IMG/VR virus record: IMGVR_UViG_3300010048_000014
Coordinates: 1 to 54,049 of that record
Source of the DNA: a virus
Lineage: Duplodnaviria; Caudoviricetes
DNA: 54,049 nucleotides
Direction: 5' to 3' (one strand)
The notes below the pieces were generated by a model. That model made no database searches, was not told the origin of the DNA, and saw only the letters and a list, made by a program, of their open reading frames with translations. Positions 46,413 through 54,049 of this stretch are shown here, piece after piece. How positions within the stretch are numbered: the first letter of the stretch is position 1; each line of letters begins with the position of its first letter. A program made the position numbers and the translations under genes.

Positions 46413-46610
46413 TTACTTTTCACCGTCCCTGTTCGGGATATTGCGCACATGGCGATCCCACTGATCGCTGTGCTGATTGCCCCAGCCGCCCTGACCATAA
46501 AAACCATAGAGATCACCGCTGCCCTCTTCCGGGGCTTGCAGCGAGCGAACCGGCTTTGATCCGTTGTAGATCAACCGACCGCGATGATTTTTATTTTCAA
46601 AGATATCCAT
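46413..46610 (-). CDS. Hypothetical protein
   Basis: Abuts upstream gene. Confidence 0.65.
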   Translation of the reverse strand: MDIFENKNHRGRLIYNGSKPVRSLQAPEEGSGDLYGFYGQGGWGNQHSDQWDRHVRNIPNRDGEK

Positions 46611-47042
46611 TTAGCCCGCCATTCCCGGCGGCACACCACCACCACCGCCACCACCGGCCATGCCAGGAGGAGCGCCGCCTCCGCCGCCGCCTTGCTTCAT
46701 CATCTGTGCGCGCATTTGCTGCGCCATCTGATTTTGCTGGGCATTGCGGAGTTGCGCTTGGTCCATGACGTTCTTTTGCCCGGCAGGACTGGATGCGCCG
46801 GGAGGTGCTATTTTATTTAAGCTTTTCAAAATATCCAAAAGCTTGCCGCCTATTTCCGACGTGGCCCCAGCCTGCGTCAGAGCATGCGTCAGTATCTGCG
46901 CCGCAGCGGACACCGCCTGAATTGCCGCTGCCTCACCACCACGATTAGCAGTCGGGGTTGTTGCCCCGGTAGACCCCAAAGGAGCACCGCCCGCGCCAGC
47001 GGTCGGAGTTGGTCTAGCAGCAGGCGGTGCAATTTGAGGCAT
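46611..47042 (-). CDS. Hypothetical Gly/Pro/Gln-rich head-associated protein
   Basis: Position between portal and scaffold. Confidence 0.7.
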   Translation of the reverse strand: MPQIAPPAARPTPTAGAGGAPLGSTGATTPTANRGGEAAAIQAVSAAAQILTHALTQAGATSEIGGKLLDILKSLNKIAPPGASSPAGQKNVMDQAQLRNAQQNQMAQQMRAQMMKQGGGGGGAPPGMAGGGGGGGVPPGMAG

Positions 47043-47108
47043 CGTGTCAACAACAAAGCGGCGACCCGCTATCGCAAGGCCGCCGCATCTTTTCCACCCA
47101 AGAAGGGT

Positions 47109-47156
47109 CTACTTGCGGCGGTGTTTACGACCACGCCGATAGCGAAGCGTTTCCAT
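47109..47156 (-). CDS. 15-aa Arg-rich micropeptide (METLRYRRGRKHRRK)
   Basis: GGAG RBS 7 nt upstream of ATG; followed by hairpin 47058-47086. Confidence 0.45.
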   Translation of the reverse strand: METLRYRRGRKHRRK

Positions 47157-47241
47157 CGTGTCACTCCATCTTGACAGGGCGAGCGATCAGCCCTGCGGTG
47201 AACGGCTTACCGCCGCAACGAAACGACAATCGTTCTACGGA

Positions 47242-47270
47242 TTGACAAACTCCACCATTTTTATCTATTG
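47242..47270 (+). promoter_or_regulatory. Candidate promoter for HTH gene
   Basis: TTGACA, 17 bp, CTATTG in AT-rich divergent gap. Confidence 0.4.
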
Positions 47271-47319
47271 GTTGATTACTATTTACGTAAGAACGCCAGA
47301 GTTCTCACCGGATTTGGCA

Positions 47320-47523
47320 ATGGCAGCGCCAAACTTACAAGAGCCGTTCTTCTGGACCACCAAAGACGCCGCGAAATTCCTGCGCATATCCCCGACAACG
47401 CTCTACCTTTTGTGCCAATTACCCCGGAAGAAGGGCGGCCCGCCAATAGTGTACGTATCGAAAACGCGGATACGGTTCCCGCGCACTGAATTCATTGAGT
47501 GGGCGCTATCGAGGAGGAACTGA
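47320..47523 (+). CDS. AlpA/excisionase-like (HTH_17-type) DNA-binding protein
   Basis: WTTKDAAKFLRISPTTLY...GPP......IRFPRTEFIEW. Confidence 0.8.
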   Translation: MAAPNLQEPFFWTTKDAAKFLRISPTTLYLLCQLPRKKGGPPIVYVSKTRIRFPRTEFIEWALSRRN

Positions 47524-47524
47524 A

Positions 47525-47899
47525 ATGTTCTCCATGACCATCATTTTTGGCAACGCATGCGTGCCGTTCACGCTGCTGTTCAAAAACCAAGACACATTCA
47601 ATCAAGCAGTTATCGCTTTCAAGAACCCTGCCACATTTGACAGCAAGGACTTCGACATCACCGACGATTACGGACAGCACGCCTGCGTGCGACGGGAGAT
47701 CATCCAGGGGGTCATGTTTGAGGACCTGACGAAGTCCAAGCTGGCGCAGATCGAGCGCGGCATGCATCAAATGCGAACACAGGTCGAAGCGAACAACATG
47801 GCCAAGGCTGATCCCGCCCTGATGGCGGCAATGCGGATGCAACAACAAGCTCCCGGAGTAATCACACCGTTTGGCCCGAACGGAGCGTTCCGCCAGTAG
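47525..47899 (+). CDS. Hypothetical protein
   Basis: GAGGAGG RBS; start reassigned to ATG 47525. Confidence 0.75.
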   Translation: MFSMTIIFGNACVPFTLLFKNQDTFNQAVIAFKNPATFDSKDFDITDDYGQHACVRREIIQGVMFEDLTKSKLAQIERGMHQMRTQVEANNMAKADPALMAAMRMQQQAPGVITPFGPNGAFRQ

Positions 47900-49663
47900 C
47901 TATCTCTTCTTGCCGCCGCCAAGCTGTTTTTCCATCAGCTTCTCAGCCAAGGCTGGATCGGTCTGCTTCAGTTGCTCGAACATCTGCTGTTGCTGCTTCT
48001 TGCGATCACGGTTGCCGACTTTGGCAATCTCCTTGTTTGGCAGCGGCGTGTTGTCGATCACATACTCATCATCGACAATACCGCGCTGATGCGCGGCAAA
48101 TACCAGTTGCGTATTCTCGTCGCTGAAGATCGGCGATGACGAATGGCTGTCTACGGTAATGCGCCAATCGGGCGGCAGGTCGGTGAGCAGGAACTTGGTC
48201 TTCTCGATATTCTCAATGACCGGCGCGTCGCCGCTGGTCCAATAGAACGTCTCGTCCTTGAGTTCACGCAATGACGCGGTGAGATCGGCGCACTCCGCGC
48301 ATTGCCGTTCGATAATCAGCGCCCGGTCGCGCAAGGTCGGCGAGGCCGTCTTCATCAGCATGTTGGCATGACTGCCCGCGCGCACTCCCGGCTCGCCCTG
48401 CCCCTGCATGATCTTGGGGAACCCGCGCAGGATGTTGACCTGTTCCTGTATCCACTCCAGTAGCTCCAAAGCTTCCGGCGGTATCTTGGGCGTCATATCG
48501 TTGACTTGCGCGCCTTGCGGCAAGTTACCGTAACCGGCACTACGGAATTGGGCATAGAGTTCGTCAGTGATAGTCGTATCGGCGGAGAAAAAGATCAGCT
48601 TATCGACCTGCAAGCCGTACATGCGCTTGAGGTCCTCGCACCATTGCGACAGCAACGCTTGCGGCTCGATTAGATCAACAAGCTCAGATCGACCCCAGAA
48701 CCAGCCAGTTGTCTCATTAGGTTGGATAAGGCGGTAAGGTTGTAAGCCGCTACCGCGTCCCAGAAGGTTGCCCTTCCTGAACACGACATCGCCGTCCATG
48801 TGCGGAGTGACGATGATGTCCGGTTCAATGAATTGGAGGGTTGTATAGTCGTGCTCATCCTTGACCCATAGCTCATGCATCTGCACCAGTTCGGTATTGA
48901 TGACCGGACCCATCAATGAGTAATTCGGGTCGTTGTTGAGCTGCACGATGCCGCCGGGAACCGGCGTCGTCATAGATTGAATGCCGGTATTGAGTTGCGA
49001 AGTGGATAATATCTGGTGAAAGAAGCTTGATGGCTCCCCTGTGGCGATACCCTTGCGGGCATTAGTCATAATCTGGATGTAGAGCTTTTCGGCATTGGGC
49101 ATGCGCCAAATGCGCTGCCAGACCTCCGGTCCTGTTAGTGCGGAAGTCTCACAGAGGATTTCCTGCCGGTCGATCCGGTTCTCATCCTCCCGATAAACCC
49201 CAAAGTTCCATGGCATCACCAGCTTATCGAAATAAACCGGATGCTCATCCCTGCCCTCGCCCTCAAAAATGACGAACTGCTTCAGCAGGCAAGCACCGTA
49301 TTTGAGGCTTTCGAATACCCCTCGACCAAAGGTGACGTCCGTTGAATTGCGCTCCCAGATGCGGGTAACGCCCTTCGCCGCCTCTGCCCCACGCTGATAG
49401 ATGATCTTGTCGTAGGGCTTCTCGAAATCCATCGAGAACTTGAGTTCCACCGGAGAGAACAGATGCGCTGCGGTCTCATCCAGCGCCTTATGCAGCATGT
49501 TGATCAGCGACTTGGTGCCGTCGTAGCGGCCAGTTTCCGCCAATGCGTTCATGGTGCGGTAGTAGGCGGCGCGCATGCCTTGGCTGGCGCGGCAAATATC
49601 CACCCACTCTTGAACCTTGCCGACCAGATCGCGCTTACGTGTCGGAACGCCGCCGGGGATCAT
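47900..49663 (-). CDS. Portal protein
   Basis: 587 aa downstream of terminase; GWFWGRSELVDLIEPQ, QGQGEPGVRAG. Confidence 0.85.
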   Translation of the reverse strand: MIPGGVPTRKRDLVGKVQEWVDICRASQGMRAAYYRTMNALAETGRYDGTKSLINMLHKALDETAAHLFSPVELKFSMDFEKPYDKIIYQRGAEAAKGVTRIWERNSTDVTFGRGVFESLKYGACLLKQFVIFEGEGRDEHPVYFDKLVMPWNFGVYREDENRIDRQEILCETSALTGPEVWQRIWRMPNAEKLYIQIMTNARKGIATGEPSSFFHQILSTSQLNTGIQSMTTPVPGGIVQLNNDPNYSLMGPVINTELVQMHELWVKDEHDYTTLQFIEPDIIVTPHMDGDVVFRKGNLLGRGSGLQPYRLIQPNETTGWFWGRSELVDLIEPQALLSQWCEDLKRMYGLQVDKLIFFSADTTITDELYAQFRSAGYGNLPQGAQVNDMTPKIPPEALELLEWIQEQVNILRGFPKIMQGQGEPGVRAGSHANMLMKTASPTLRDRALIIERQCAECADLTASLRELKDETFYWTSGDAPVIENIEKTKFLLTDLPPDWRITVDSHSSSPIFSDENTQLVFAAHQRGIVDDEYVIDNTPLPNKEIAKVGNRDRKKQQQQMFEQLKQTDPALAEKLMEKQLGGGKKR

Positions 49664-50166
49664 TTGAACTGCGCATTAAGCTTGTTGCCACGGGCATTAG
49701 GATTGATCCTATCCAATACACCAGCCCCGGATCGGGGGGCAAAGCCTTGGTTGACGTTGGCGGCAAAGCTGGAACCATCCACAAAACCAGCCTGAATGCC
49801 TCTGGCGCGCATGGCATCCATCGCGTCCGTAACAGAGTTCTTTACCGGCATCGCATAAGTCTCGCCGATCTGCACGTTATCGCGCAGGTTGGTTATCTTG
49901 AGATGGGACATTTCAGAAACGGGCACCCCAGCCATCCTCGCCGCTTCTTCGGCGCGGTGGATCGAAGACGTTTCCATGTCCCGGTAGACTTTATCGGTCG
50001 CCTTGGTGGTAGCGGAGCGAAGTGAGGGCATCGGAATGACGGTGTCGTCCGGTTCCTGATACTCATAGGCGCAATTGGGGCAGCACTCCGGAAACGCCGT
50101 CTTGGCGTAGAACTTATGGGCGCACTCTGGACACTGAAGCCGCACCTTAACCCTCGTCTCTACCAT
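49660..50166 (-). CDS. Zn-ribbon protein
   Basis: CPEC...CPNC; between terminase and portal. Confidence 0.7.
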   Translation of the reverse strand: MVETRVKVRLQCPECAHKFYAKTAFPECCPNCAYEYQEPDDTVIPMPSLRSATTKATDKVYRDMETSSIHRAEEAARMAGVPVSEMSHLKITNLRDNVQIGETYAMPVKNSVTDAMDAMRARGIQAGFVDGSSFAANVNQGFAPRSGAGVLDRINPNARGNKLNAQFK

Positions 50167-52091
50167 CTCCGACCCTGAGTTCGCCAAGAGTTCCGCATTA
50201 TCTGCGCTTGCAAGGCATTGCGCCGCTGCCGCTTGGCCGAAAAGAACATCTCCAAGTGATTTTGGTTAAACAGCGCTACTTGGTCAACGATAGAAAGCCT
50301 TCTGCGGGCCGCCTCCGCCTCTCTGGTGCGCCTTTGCGCCACCAGCGGGATAACCACCTTGGTTTCCCAATAATGCACCGCCAGCGCCATGGCGAACGTG
50401 CGGTCGTCGCGCATACCACGCGGGGCGGAAATGCTGTCCCCCTCCCGCGCCACTGACTTCATTTCGGTCAACAGGGCATGCGAGCGCACCTGTAGCTTGC
50501 CGTTGCCGACGAAGTCACGTAGCCGTTCCATGACCGTGACTTTGAGGCTGATGTTGGTCTTCCAATGATAGTTGAAACCCGCCCCCATCGCGTCAGGGCG
50601 GTTGTAGATGTAGGTCCTGACGTTACGGAATATATCCGCCAACCCCTTATCGTCCGCCCCTGCCGTGTACTTGGTTGCTTCGATCTTGCCCCGTAGGTTC
50701 TTTAGCTCATTGAAGACGGCTGTTCCGGGTCCGTTAAGCTCAAGTATGTATCTAATTTCAGAACGACTTTGCCCATACCAACCAAGAAGACTGGCGATAA
50801 CCCAAGCAAGCTGATAAGTCGTGACGAGTGGCCAAGAATATTCCGCGACCTGATCAAGACCATCCGCGTAACACCGGCACACCTGAATTGCCGAGTGATC
50901 ATTATCCTCATTCTCCCCATAGGCCGGATCACACGCTAGCACATACACCCCGTCCGGGTCCGGTTCCTCCCAGACCTTCAATTCGGTCATCTTCAGGTTT
51001 TCTGCGTGAAATATACGAGGTGGGAACTCCTCCCCAGCCCAGTACATGTAGGCCTTGAACTTGTTAGACGAACTCTTACGGGTTACCTCGGTGAGCGCTT
51101 TCGCACCAAAGAACTTTGAGCCAGTCTGCTGAAACGCCTCTTCGGCAGTCCAAGCCTGCTCGGCGAGCATGACGTTGTCTTCGGCCTCAAAGCCTGCGTC
51201 TGTGTCTCCGTCTGGTCGCGCGGTTGGATCAACCTTTCTTCGTATCCAAGCCAATTGCTCAGGCGATATCTCCACCCCGTAAAGCTTGCGAACTTCGGCA
51301 ATTCGCTCCCGCTCTCGTTGCGACGGCGGCTCTCTGCCATATACTTCAAAATCGCCTTCATCCTCGTTGATGCGTTGGTCTTCCCGCGACCACCACCCCA
51401 AGAAAAGAGTTGCGCAATGGACATCATCGGCACACGCATTGTCCCACAGGTCCTTCCATTGGTTATAACCCCGCGCCGTGCTTTCGTATATGTAAAGCCT
51501 GTCCGGATGAAACTCGGACATGGATTGCTCAAATGCCTTCAGGCCCTCCGGATTATCGTATGAGCAAAGCTCCGACAGGTGAGCCATCGACAGACCTTCG
51601 GAGCGTCCTAGAGTGCCTGAAGTGCTGCGCTGTTGTGTACCTGCTGAAAGAAACAAGATACGGGCATCATTTTCCAACTGTAAGCTGTCCCTATTGCCTG
51701 ACCCTCCCACCCCCAACACGCGCGGAAACTTCAGGGACGGATCGAGGTTGCGGATGAGTTTGCCAAGCTCGATGCGAGCGCTGTCACGGTGGGGCATGGT
51801 GTCAAACACCAAGGCTCCCTGCATTCCATCATGCATTCCGATATAGAAGGCCGATAACGCTCTGGAAATAGTAGAAAGGCCCAATTGCCGCGATTTAAGC
51901 ACGAACACTTTGTGCTTATCATTTTCCAAGGCATCAAAGACGGTCCTGATAAATCGCTTCTGTCCGTCATAAAGCTTCTCGCCAAGGCAGATGCGGCCAT
52001 ACTCTTTGGAATTGACCCATGTGCGGGACAGGAACGCGTAGAAGCCGCGTTCCATGACCCGACGCTTTTGCTTGCTCCAGCCCTTAGCCAC
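50160..52091 (-). CDS. terL: Terminase large subunit
   Basis: LKSRQLGLST (Walker A), AHLSE (Walker B), ESTARG, LACDPAYG and DDRTFAMALA nuclease motifs. Confidence 0.92.
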   Translation of the reverse strand: MAKGWSKQKRRVMERGFYAFLSRTWVNSKEYGRICLGEKLYDGQKRFIRTVFDALENDKHKVFVLKSRQLGLSTISRALSAFYIGMHDGMQGALVFDTMPHRDSARIELGKLIRNLDPSLKFPRVLGVGGSGNRDSLQLENDARILFLSAGTQQRSTSGTLGRSEGLSMAHLSELCSYDNPEGLKAFEQSMSEFHPDRLYIYESTARGYNQWKDLWDNACADDVHCATLFLGWWSREDQRINEDEGDFEVYGREPPSQRERERIAEVRKLYGVEISPEQLAWIRRKVDPTARPDGDTDAGFEAEDNVMLAEQAWTAEEAFQQTGSKFFGAKALTEVTRKSSSNKFKAYMYWAGEEFPPRIFHAENLKMTELKVWEEPDPDGVYVLACDPAYGENEDNDHSAIQVCRCYADGLDQVAEYSWPLVTTYQLAWVIASLLGWYGQSRSEIRYILELNGPGTAVFNELKNLRGKIEATKYTAGADDKGLADIFRNVRTYIYNRPDAMGAGFNYHWKTNISLKVTVMERLRDFVGNGKLQVRSHALLTEMKSVAREGDSISAPRGMRDDRTFAMALAVHYWETKVVIPLVAQRRTREAEAARRRLSIVDQVALFNQNHLEMFFSAKRQRRNALQAQIMRNSWRTQGRRW

Positions 52092-53232
52092 CGGTTTCCT
52101 CGCTTGGTGGGGCTAGATACGGTTGCTGTTGCAGCCCTTTGGTAAACTCCCCGCGTTTTACACGCTCGATCATTTCTTGCAGGGCTGGATTGATGGTGAT
52201 CGGCGGCTTAGGCTTTTCCTTCTTCGCCATCGCTACCTTCATGCCTGGAATATCCGAGTGTATCCCTTCGCCGGTAGGCTTGCGCGGCTTGGGCATGGGT
52301 TCGTCCGGCAAGATCGGGAGTACCGGTTCTCTAGGCCCTGTCTGCTTGGGCGGTTCGTCGCCGTGTCCAAGCTTCGGAAACAGACCAGCGGCCATTAACC
52401 CAGCGGCCCATGGAGGCGGTTCGCCCGGAGCAGCAGGATCGGGACGCATGATTTTCGGCGGAGCAACCCACTGCATGGCTTGATCGAAATCTCTGAACTG
52501 ATAAGCCTCGCCTTCAATGGGACTTGTAGCAACGTAGGTAGGCCAGCGGCCCGACTTCTGAAGTTTGTGAATAGTGGCTCCGTTTTCATCAAATACTTTC
52601 TCAGCGTTTTTCAAGCTTCCATTAAAGGCCAATGGCACAGCGAGCTTGCGACTGCCGGAACCAAAAGTTTCATCAAGGCTGTAACCGCGTGTTAATCCGA
52701 GTTGTTCAAATATCTTGTCCCACATAACCTCTTGAGCAATGCGCTGATCCGACCATGCACTTTCGATTTTCTGCGCCGTGATCTCTTCCGGGGTCATTGC
52801 GCTTTGTTCTTCCCGAAACAACTCCCCCTGCGTAACCTTCCTCTCGGCTTGTTTACTGCCGCCGCTCGCCCGCTTCGCCGCTCTGCGTGCGTTTAGGTAT
52901 TCAATCGACGGGCGACCCATGGCCACGGAAGCCTCTGCGGGCGCTCCACCAGCGCCCATCATTGTGAGCGCCGTCTGTGGTCCCCACTGGTATTGCTGTG
53001 CGATATTGGCTTGCCGGGTTGCCTCATCCACATCGGACCACTGACCGGGTGTCTGCGGTTGCTGCGGTGCCATAACTTGACCGGGCACTGCCGCCCATGA
53101 CGCTAAGTCTTGGGCAATAGCGGGTGGTTGCAGCGGTTGGCTGGGCACCGGACCAACACCGGGGACGTTCCACAAGCCGTCCGTAACAGCGCCGTTAGTA
53201 TCGGATACGACGTTCTTGGAACCGTAGGGCAT
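52084..53232 (-). CDS. Hypothetical modular Pro/Gln-rich protein
   Basis: 382 aa; overlaps terminase start. Confidence 0.7.
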   Translation of the reverse strand: MPYGSKNVVSDTNGAVTDGLWNVPGVGPVPSQPLQPPAIAQDLASWAAVPGQVMAPQQPQTPGQWSDVDEATRQANIAQQYQWGPQTALTMMGAGGAPAEASVAMGRPSIEYLNARRAAKRASGGSKQAERKVTQGELFREEQSAMTPEEITAQKIESAWSDQRIAQEVMWDKIFEQLGLTRGYSLDETFGSGSRKLAVPLAFNGSLKNAEKVFDENGATIHKLQKSGRWPTYVATSPIEGEAYQFRDFDQAMQWVAPPKIMRPDPAAPGEPPPWAAGLMAAGLFPKLGHGDEPPKQTGPREPVLPILPDEPMPKPRKPTGEGIHSDIPGMKVAMAKKEKPKPPITINPALQEMIERVKRGEFTKGLQQQPYLAPPSEETGG

Positions 53233-53251
53233 AGGCGGAACTTATCAGGAT

Positions 53252-53461
53252 ATGATGGCAACGCTAATCCAGATCGTTATAGCGTTAATAGTCGCCGGTT
53301 TCATCCTGTGGGCGGTGCGGTTAATCCTTGGCTTGATCCCGATGGATGCTTGGATCAAGCAGGTCGTGGACGTGATCCTGATTATCGCGGTGGTGGCAAT
53401 CGTCCTGTTCTATGTCCTGATCCCCCTGTTGAAGATGCTGCCTAGCGCCCTGCACATCTAA
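53252..53461 (+). CDS. Small two-TM membrane protein (Thivi_2564-like, tentative)
   Basis: Two long hydrophobic helices joined by IPMDAWIKQ. Confidence 0.75.
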   Translation: MMATLIQIVIALIVAGFILWAVRLILGLIPMDAWIKQVVDVILIIAVVAIVLFYVLIPLLKMLPSALHI

Positions 53462-53694
53462 CGCATCTGGCCAAATCCTGACTGCATCCGTGCGCGTTCG
53501 TCCAGGCGCTGAATGATGGCGTCGATGTCGGTCTTGAGCTTCACCCAGAACCGCAGAATATCGCTTTTGTCATCCACGATCAGCCACGTCACAGCCTCTT
53601 CCTGACCGGGCGGGACAATGACCACAGCGCCACCGAACTCAGGATTGCGCTCGATCTTCTCCGCCATCTGGGTAAATGGTTCGCTTTGCTTCAT
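53458..53694 (-). CDS. Hypothetical protein
   Basis: 78 aa; FGGAVVIVPP. Confidence 0.65.
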   Translation of the reverse strand: MKQSEPFTQMAEKIERNPEFGGAVVIVPPGQEEAVTWLIVDDKSDILRFWVKLKTDIDAIIQRLDERARMQSGFGQMR

Positions 53695-53792
53695 TGATTT
53701 CCCGTATTAGCCGCAACGCCGAATAGCCGTAACACTCCGCAGCCGCCCATTCCTTGCGCACCATGGCATCCCGCCCTAGCTTGCGCATGCTT

Positions 53793-54008
53793 TCATAGAC
53801 GGCGAAAGCTGTAGCGGCCTTTGATGTTGTCATTGATAAACTCGCCAACACTCGCCGCGTTCGCCGTGTCCCTAGCCACCTCTTCAGGCACGCCAGCATA
53901 GGCGTATGACTTTCCGGAGTTGTACGTGATTATCATAGTCTGGCTGTCGGCGTCATACGAGACTGACGATGCCATGGACGAGAAAACATCCTGCGAGAAA
54001 CTAGGCAT
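53793..54008 (-). CDS. KTSC domain protein
   Basis: SS...V.YD.....M.I.YNSG..Y.Y.GVP........A.SVG.F.N.NIKG.Y. Confidence 0.9.
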   Translation of the reverse strand: MPSFSQDVFSSMASSVSYDADSQTMIITYNSGKSYAYAGVPEEVARDTANAASVGEFINDNIKGRYSFRRL

Positions 54009-54049
54009 GGAGCACTCTCATAGCGGCAACCTATCACTATCGCTCTAAC

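Noticed and set aside
47320-47523. Excisionase implying a prophage
   Set aside because: No integrase, att-like tRNA fragment or host genes in the window

Overview
The window looks like a complete or near-complete genome of a tailed dsDNA phage with podovirus-type architecture: terminase, portal, scaffold, capsid, adaptors, nozzle and three ejection-type proteins, with no tape measure or sheath. A GcrA homolog points to an alphaproteobacterial host. Layout: (1) 253-4438 (+), a probable early module headed by a Ycf46-like AAA+ ATPase, whose genes are preceded by a repeated hairpin/TTTGTCA/AAAGGGGTTT leader; (2) 4762-7981 (-), HiPIP-like protein, PD-(D/E)xK nuclease, RusA and GcrA; (3) 8063-14054 (+), YqaJ exonuclease, Bet recombinase and HNH; (4) 14288-54008, mostly (-), the late region: lysis genes, a tailspike, a 1195-aa Trp/Pro repeat protein, three Gly-rich paralogs, a LamG protein, a methyltransferase-TPR-glycosyltransferase fusion, then virion core and packaging genes. 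I recognised no integrase, CI repressor, DNA polymerase, primase, full helicase, tRNA or CRISPR array. The best candidates for an undescribed system are the accessory fibre/adhesin module with its repeat scaffold and FlmG-like glycosyltransferase, and the AAA+ early module with its repeated leaders. Also notable are three structured intergenic RNA candidates, a shared 17-bp operator-like palindrome, and a 205-bp insertion flanked by direct repeats at the endolysin start. All family calls come from reading motifs by eye, with no database searches.
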